Shown here in pieces: positions 60,121-64,000 of a stretch of DNA of 64,000 nt. Positions within the stretch are counted from its first letter, which is position 1; each line of letters starts with the position of its first letter. Position numbers and translations under genes: made by a program. The notes under the pieces were generated by a model. The model was not told where the DNA came from, did not search any database, and saw only the letters and a program-made list of their open reading frames with translations. The stretch is from positions 62,001 to 126,000 of the IMG/VR virus record IMGVR_UViG_3300025364_000003; one strand, written 5' to 3'.

Positions 60121-61788
60121 ATGAGTCATCCAAACCAACCAATTGCTCCACAAGAACCAAACACTCAAAGAGTGGTGTTTAGGGAAACAGCACATTCAGA
60201 ATTGTTGAAAGGTGCTGATATCCTTGCGCAGGCCGTAGCAAGCACAATGGGTCCAAGTGGTCATAGTGTCATTATCGACAATGACCTTGGCGCACCTTCT
60301 ATCACCAAAGATGGTGTTACTGTAGCAAGATCAATTAATTTAAAAGACAGACTTCAATCTATGGGAGCAGAGCTTCTCAAAGAAGTCGCTTCTAAAACAA
60401 ATGACCAAGCCGGTGATGGCACCACAACTGCGACGGTTATTGGACACGCTTTACTAAAAGAGGGAATCAAACAAATTTCAACTGGTAGAAGCCCAATTCA
60501 TGTTAAGAAAGGCATGGAAATGGCTACCGAATATATCATTGATTTTCTCAAGGAAAATCGTATTCCTGTAGGTTCTAGAAGTGACATTGTAAACGTTGGA
60601 ACCATATCTGCCAATGGTGATCGAGAGATCGGTGAACTTCTTGCTTCGGCGATTGAAAAGGTTGGTAAAGATGGAATTATAACAATTGAGCCAGCTAAAT
60701 CGGTTCAGACTACTTTAGATGTTGTCGAAGGTATGCAACTTGAAAAGGGTTACATATCTCCATTTTTTGTTACCAATTCTGAGAAATCTACTTGCGAATT
60801 AGAAGATCCATATGTTCTTACAACGAGCAACAAAATTTCGTCTATCGGCGATATTATGAATGTTCTTGAAAAGGTTGCAAGAGCCGAAAAACCTTTGCTC
60901 ATTGTTGCTGATGAAGTGGAGGGTGATGCGCTTCACACCCTTATTGTTAACAAAATGAAGGGTGTTATCAAAGTTTGTGCCGTGAAGGCTCCGAGTTATG
61001 GAGAACACAGGGCAGATATTCTTAGCGACCTATCAACCGTTGTGGGTGGTGAAGTTTTTGGAGCTACAAGTAGCGTAGCACTTAAAAGTGCAGACCTGAG
61101 CCACCTTGGCAGAGCCAAGAAAGTTGTAGTATCCAGAAACTCATGTGTTATTGTTGGCGATGCCGGCAACACTGAACGTAGGACAGCTATTCAAGAAAGA
61201 ATTGAGTCTCTAAGAACCGCATTAGAAACTGATTCCACATTAGACGATTTAAGAATTAATCGTTATCGTGAGAGACTTGCCAAACTGTCTGGTGGTATTG
61301 CTATCATCAAAGTTGGCGGTTCCACTGAAGTTGAAATTCAAGAGAAGAAAGATAGAGTAGAAGATGCTGTAAATGCAACTATGGCTGCCACGCAGGAAGG
61401 AATTGTTCCGGGTGGCGGGGTTGCACTTTTTTATGCGTCACAAGCTCTTAGAGCCCAACTTAGAGCTGGAAAATGGAATGAATATCACGATGATACAATT
61501 AACGGTGTAAAGATCATTGCAGATGTTTGCGAATCACCTCTAAGAACAATTGTTAGGAACACGGGAGTCTCTGAAGACGTTGTTGCAAACCAACTTCTCG
61601 AAAAAATGAGATTAAATCCAGACTTCCGAATCGGGTATAATGCTGCCTCCAAAAATTACACAGATTTGATTCAAGAAGGTATTATTGATCCTGTGAAGGT
61701 TACTCGTTACGCATTAGAACATGCGACGTCGGTTGTTGGGCTCATGCTCACTTGTAATTGTGTAATTGTAAACGAAGAAAGTGATTAA
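60121..61788 (+). CDS. groEL: Group I chaperonin GroEL-like
   Basis: [61 protein letters not shown]; no GGM tail. Confidence 0.96.
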   Translation: MSHPNQPIAPQEPNTQRVVFRETAHSELLKGADILAQAVASTMGPSGHSVIIDNDLGAPSITKDGVTVARSINLKDRLQSMGAELLKEVASKTNDQAGDGTTTATVIGHALLKEGIKQISTGRSPIHVKKGMEMATEYIIDFLKENRIPVGSRSDIVNVGTISANGDREIGELLASAIEKVGKDGIITIEPAKSVQTTLDVVEGMQLEKGYISPFFVTNSEKSTCELEDPYVLTTSNKISSIGDIMNVLEKVARAEKPLLIVADEVEGDALHTLIVNKMKGVIKVCAVKAPSYGEHRADILSDLSTVVGGEVFGATSSVALKSADLSHLGRAKKVVVSRNSCVIVGDAGNTERRTAIQERIESLRTALETDSTLDDLRINRYRERLAKLSGGIAIIKVGGSTEVEIQEKKDRVEDAVNATMAATQEGIVPGGGVALFYASQALRAQLRAGKWNEYHDDTINGVKIIADVCESPLRTIVRNTGVSEDVVANQLLEKMRLNPDFRIGYNAASKNYTDLIQEGIIDPVKVTRYALEHATSVVGLMLTCNCVIVNEESD

Positions 61789-61834
61789 TATGACGAAGAA
61801 AGTGATTAATATGACGAAGAAAGTGATTAATATG
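61772..61834. repeat. Tandem 3 x 21 nt ACGAAGAAAGTGATTAATATG spanning the groEL stop and next start
   Basis: Three exact copies at 61772, 61793 and 61814. Confidence 0.92.
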
Positions 61835-62203
61835 ACCAATCAAACTTATAATGCTACCAACACAGTTAATGTTGACGATGAGTCAGCTCAATTGCTCAAA
61901 GAGGCCGAAGAGTGGATGGCCGAAGCCGCAAAAAAACAAGAAGAAGTCAACAAGACAAGAACCGAACAAGGTTTGTTTGAATTAGGTGCAATCGACTTCT
62001 TATCAGGCAAGGGTCCCAATGCATTATTGTTTGAAAATTCAGTTGCATATTTTCAAGGGTACGATTTTGGTCAACGATTAAGAACAGAAATTTTAGAAGA
62101 GGCGAAAAAAAGATTTCCTTCTCCTGTCGATGGCCCGAAAGCAAAAGTAGGCTTATATGCAAATGCGTTAATTAAAAAAAATACGGAGATAAAAGAACTA
62201 TGA
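61781..62203 (+). CDS. Hypothetical protein
   Basis: N-terminus MTKKVIN x2 arises from the tandem repeat; start ambiguous. Confidence 0.7.
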   Translation: MINMTKKVINMTKKVINMTNQTYNATNTVNVDDESAQLLKEAEEWMAEAAKKQEEVNKTRTEQGLFELGAIDFLSGKGPNALLFENSVAYFQGYDFGQRLRTEILEEAKKRFPSPVDGPKAKVGLYANALIKKNTEIKEL

Positions 62204-62553
62204 AAGGTGATAGAGTAAGAATTGTAAATTCGAGTCACGTCCACGAGGATGAGAGTGGAGCATTGGCTTACGTTTATGGAGTGGTTCTTGATGATCAAGG
62301 TCGTCCAGTTCACAACCATGATGGAACTGTTCAGGTTTTTAGTCAAGGAGGCGTAAAGAATGGCTCAACTGGCGTGGTAGTTGGTCATCCAGAAAAATGT
62401 CACAGAACCCAACTCAAAGAACAGGGACAAGCTGTAGGGCTTGGTGCAAATGATTTCGTCAACATCATTCCAGTTATGCTTGACACCTACCAAAAGCTTG
62501 GTTGGTTTCCAGCAGATAAAGTTCGTGTTGTTGCAGGTGGAGTTGCACAATAA
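62200..62553 (+). CDS. Hypothetical SH3-like protein
   Basis: KGDRVRI...GSTGVVVG...GWFPADKVRV. Confidence 0.75.
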   Translation: MKGDRVRIVNSSHVHEDESGALAYVYGVVLDDQGRPVHNHDGTVQVFSQGGVKNGSTGVVVGHPEKCHRTQLKEQGQAVGLGANDFVNIIPVMLDTYQKLGWFPADKVRVVAGGVAQ

Positions 62554-62580
62554 TACCTACTTAAAGCGTAGGAGTAAAGA

Positions 62581-63036
62581 ATGACAGTACCACCAAACCC
62601 ATTACAGGCTCACGAGACTTTCCAATACAGAAAAGCAGGCCAAGCAAGTGTTCTTGAATATATGGCTAGCGGATTGCCTTATGTGACGCAATCTAGCGTG
62701 GGAACAACTCCTGAAAAAATTGAGTTTCCTTTTGTTACAAAGTTTTTTACTGTGAAGAATACTAGTGCAAATGACCTTCATGTTGGCTTCACAGAAAATG
62801 GAGTTCAGGGCACGAATAGATTCACCCTTTCTACCAGTGAGTCTTTTACTGGCGATATTCGAATCAGAGATCTGTATCTGCAATCAGCTGGTGGCACAGC
62901 CGATTTCGAGATCATTGCCGGACTAACCGGTATTCTACGCAGAGATTTCTTTATTTTAACCGGTTCTTTCGTTGGTTTTAGTGGAAGTCAGCAAGATTTT
63001 GGTTATCGTGCATTTGGTTATGACGGAATAGGATAA
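62581..63036 (+). CDS. Beta-rich hypothetical protein (probably virion)
   Basis: SG.PYV, IEFPFVTK..TVKN, VGF..NG; GGAG SD. Confidence 0.7.
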   Translation: MTVPPNPLQAHETFQYRKAGQASVLEYMASGLPYVTQSSVGTTPEKIEFPFVTKFFTVKNTSANDLHVGFTENGVQGTNRFTLSTSESFTGDIRIRDLYLQSAGGTADFEIIAGLTGILRRDFFILTGSFVGFSGSQQDFGYRAFGYDGIG

Positions 63037-63085
63037 TTTAAACATATGACCTCTGATTGTCTAAACTTATCTAAGGAGTTTAGAC

Positions 63086-63931
63086 ATGAAGAAGACATAT
63101 GGTGGAAATGCTAATAAAAGTGGGATCTATAAAATCATCAACCATTCTAATGGACGATTTTACATTGGTTCCTGTAAGCGCTTTAAGCAAAGAGCATCCG
63201 AACATCACGGAGATTTAAGAACCAATCGACACTCGAATAAATTTTTGCAAAATGATTGGAATAAATGCGGGCCCGATTGTTTTGAATTTTTAGTGTTTGA
63301 GACTATAGAGAAACCAGAAGAAGAACGTCGTTTGCGAGAACAAGCGCTGTTGGACGAATTTTACGATGATCAAGTTCTTTGTTATAATATTGCAAAAACA
63401 ACTGTGGCAATTCCTCGACGAGTTTTTTCAAACGACCCTGATATCACCAAAAAGGTTCTTTCCCAAAAATCTAAGGCAATGTGGGCCGATTCTGAGTTTA
63501 GGGCTAAGATGAAAAAAATATATTCTGACCCTGGATTCCGCAAGAAGCAGTCTGAAAATCAGAAAAAAGTTTCACAAGACCCAAGCAATGGAAATTCGGC
63601 CGAAACTCTTCGAAAAAACATGTCGAATCCAGAAACGAAAGCGAAGTTATCTAAGAAGTTGAAAGAAGCTTGGGCTAGTGATGATGGAAGTCGTCGCAAA
63701 AAGGCTTCTAAAATTGCCAAGAAAGTGTATGAAGCAAACAAAGAAAAAATTACTAAAGCTAGGGTGAAAGCTAGAGCAAAATATTACGGCAAGGTTGTTT
63801 CTCCAGAAGGTGAAGTGTTTGAAATATACAACGCCAAGTCTTTTATAAGAGAGCAGGGTTTTTCGCAGACGTTTTATGACTTTTTAAATGGAAGGTACGA
63901 AGCCTATAAGGGTTGGAAGCGAGTGGAATAG
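63086..63931 (+). CDS. GIY-YIG homing endonuclease
   Basis: SGIYKI.N..NGRFYIGS..R, H.N.FLQNDW, basic helical repeats, YKGWK end. Confidence 0.92.
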   Translation: MKKTYGGNANKSGIYKIINHSNGRFYIGSCKRFKQRASEHHGDLRTNRHSNKFLQNDWNKCGPDCFEFLVFETIEKPEEERRLREQALLDEFYDDQVLCYNIAKTTVAIPRRVFSNDPDITKKVLSQKSKAMWADSEFRAKMKKIYSDPGFRKKQSENQKKVSQDPSNGNSAETLRKNMSNPETKAKLSKKLKEAWASDDGSRRKKASKIAKKVYEANKEKITKARVKARAKYYGKVVSPEGEVFEIYNAKSFIREQGFSQTFYDFLNGRYEAYKGWKRVE

Positions 63932-64000
63932 AATTAACGAATTCCGCTTCCCTCTTCAGCTTCAAGCTCGTTAGGTTTTCTAACGAGCTTTTTCTTTTCT

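Noticed and set aside
58-61834. CRISPR array from the short direct repeats
   Set aside because: All repeats are 2-3 abutting copies with no unique spacers, and no cas genes are present
62200-62553. GroES co-chaperonin downstream of groEL
   Set aside because: No GroES motifs (PL.DRV, mobile loop, G.V.AVG); the pattern fits an SH3-like barrel
1-64000. Retron, diversity-generating retroelement or integrase system
   Set aside because: No reverse transcriptase (YxDD), template/variable repeat pair, recombinase or transposase was recognised

Overview
A 64-kb segment of a large (jumbo-type) tailed dsDNA bacteriophage with a T4-superfamily head module (portal with an HNH intein, gp21-like prohead protease). 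It has two compositionally distinct arms. The left arm (~1-35.4 kb) is mostly GC-richer and looks like an early/host-takeover region. It holds dozens of small genes, most driven by their own copy of one promoter motif (GG-TTYANA-N17-NANNNT, usually 6-7 nt before the start codon, i.e. leaderless). It also carries a MoxR ATPase and VWA-metallopeptidase pair, RadA-like ATPase, HD-domain alarmone hydrolase, amidoligase, RNA ligase, two HNH nucleases, 4 tRNAs and two candidate structured ncRNAs. A G/C-homopolymer and A-tract junction at ~35.4-35.7 kb leads into the AT-rich right arm. That arm has a long run of divergent beta-barrel (SH3-like) paralogs, a cupin, a fatty-acid hydroxylase, head genes, thioredoxin, a nucleotidyltransferase, GroEL and two GIY-YIG homing endonucleases. 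The most striking candidate system is transcriptional. Two RpoD-derived sigma factors both stop exactly before region 4.2, two separate HTH proteins carry a sigma4-like recognition helix, and ~35 promoters have an altered -35 element. Together these suggest a possible 'split sigma' regulon. All family assignments come from motif recognition by eye; no database searches were run.
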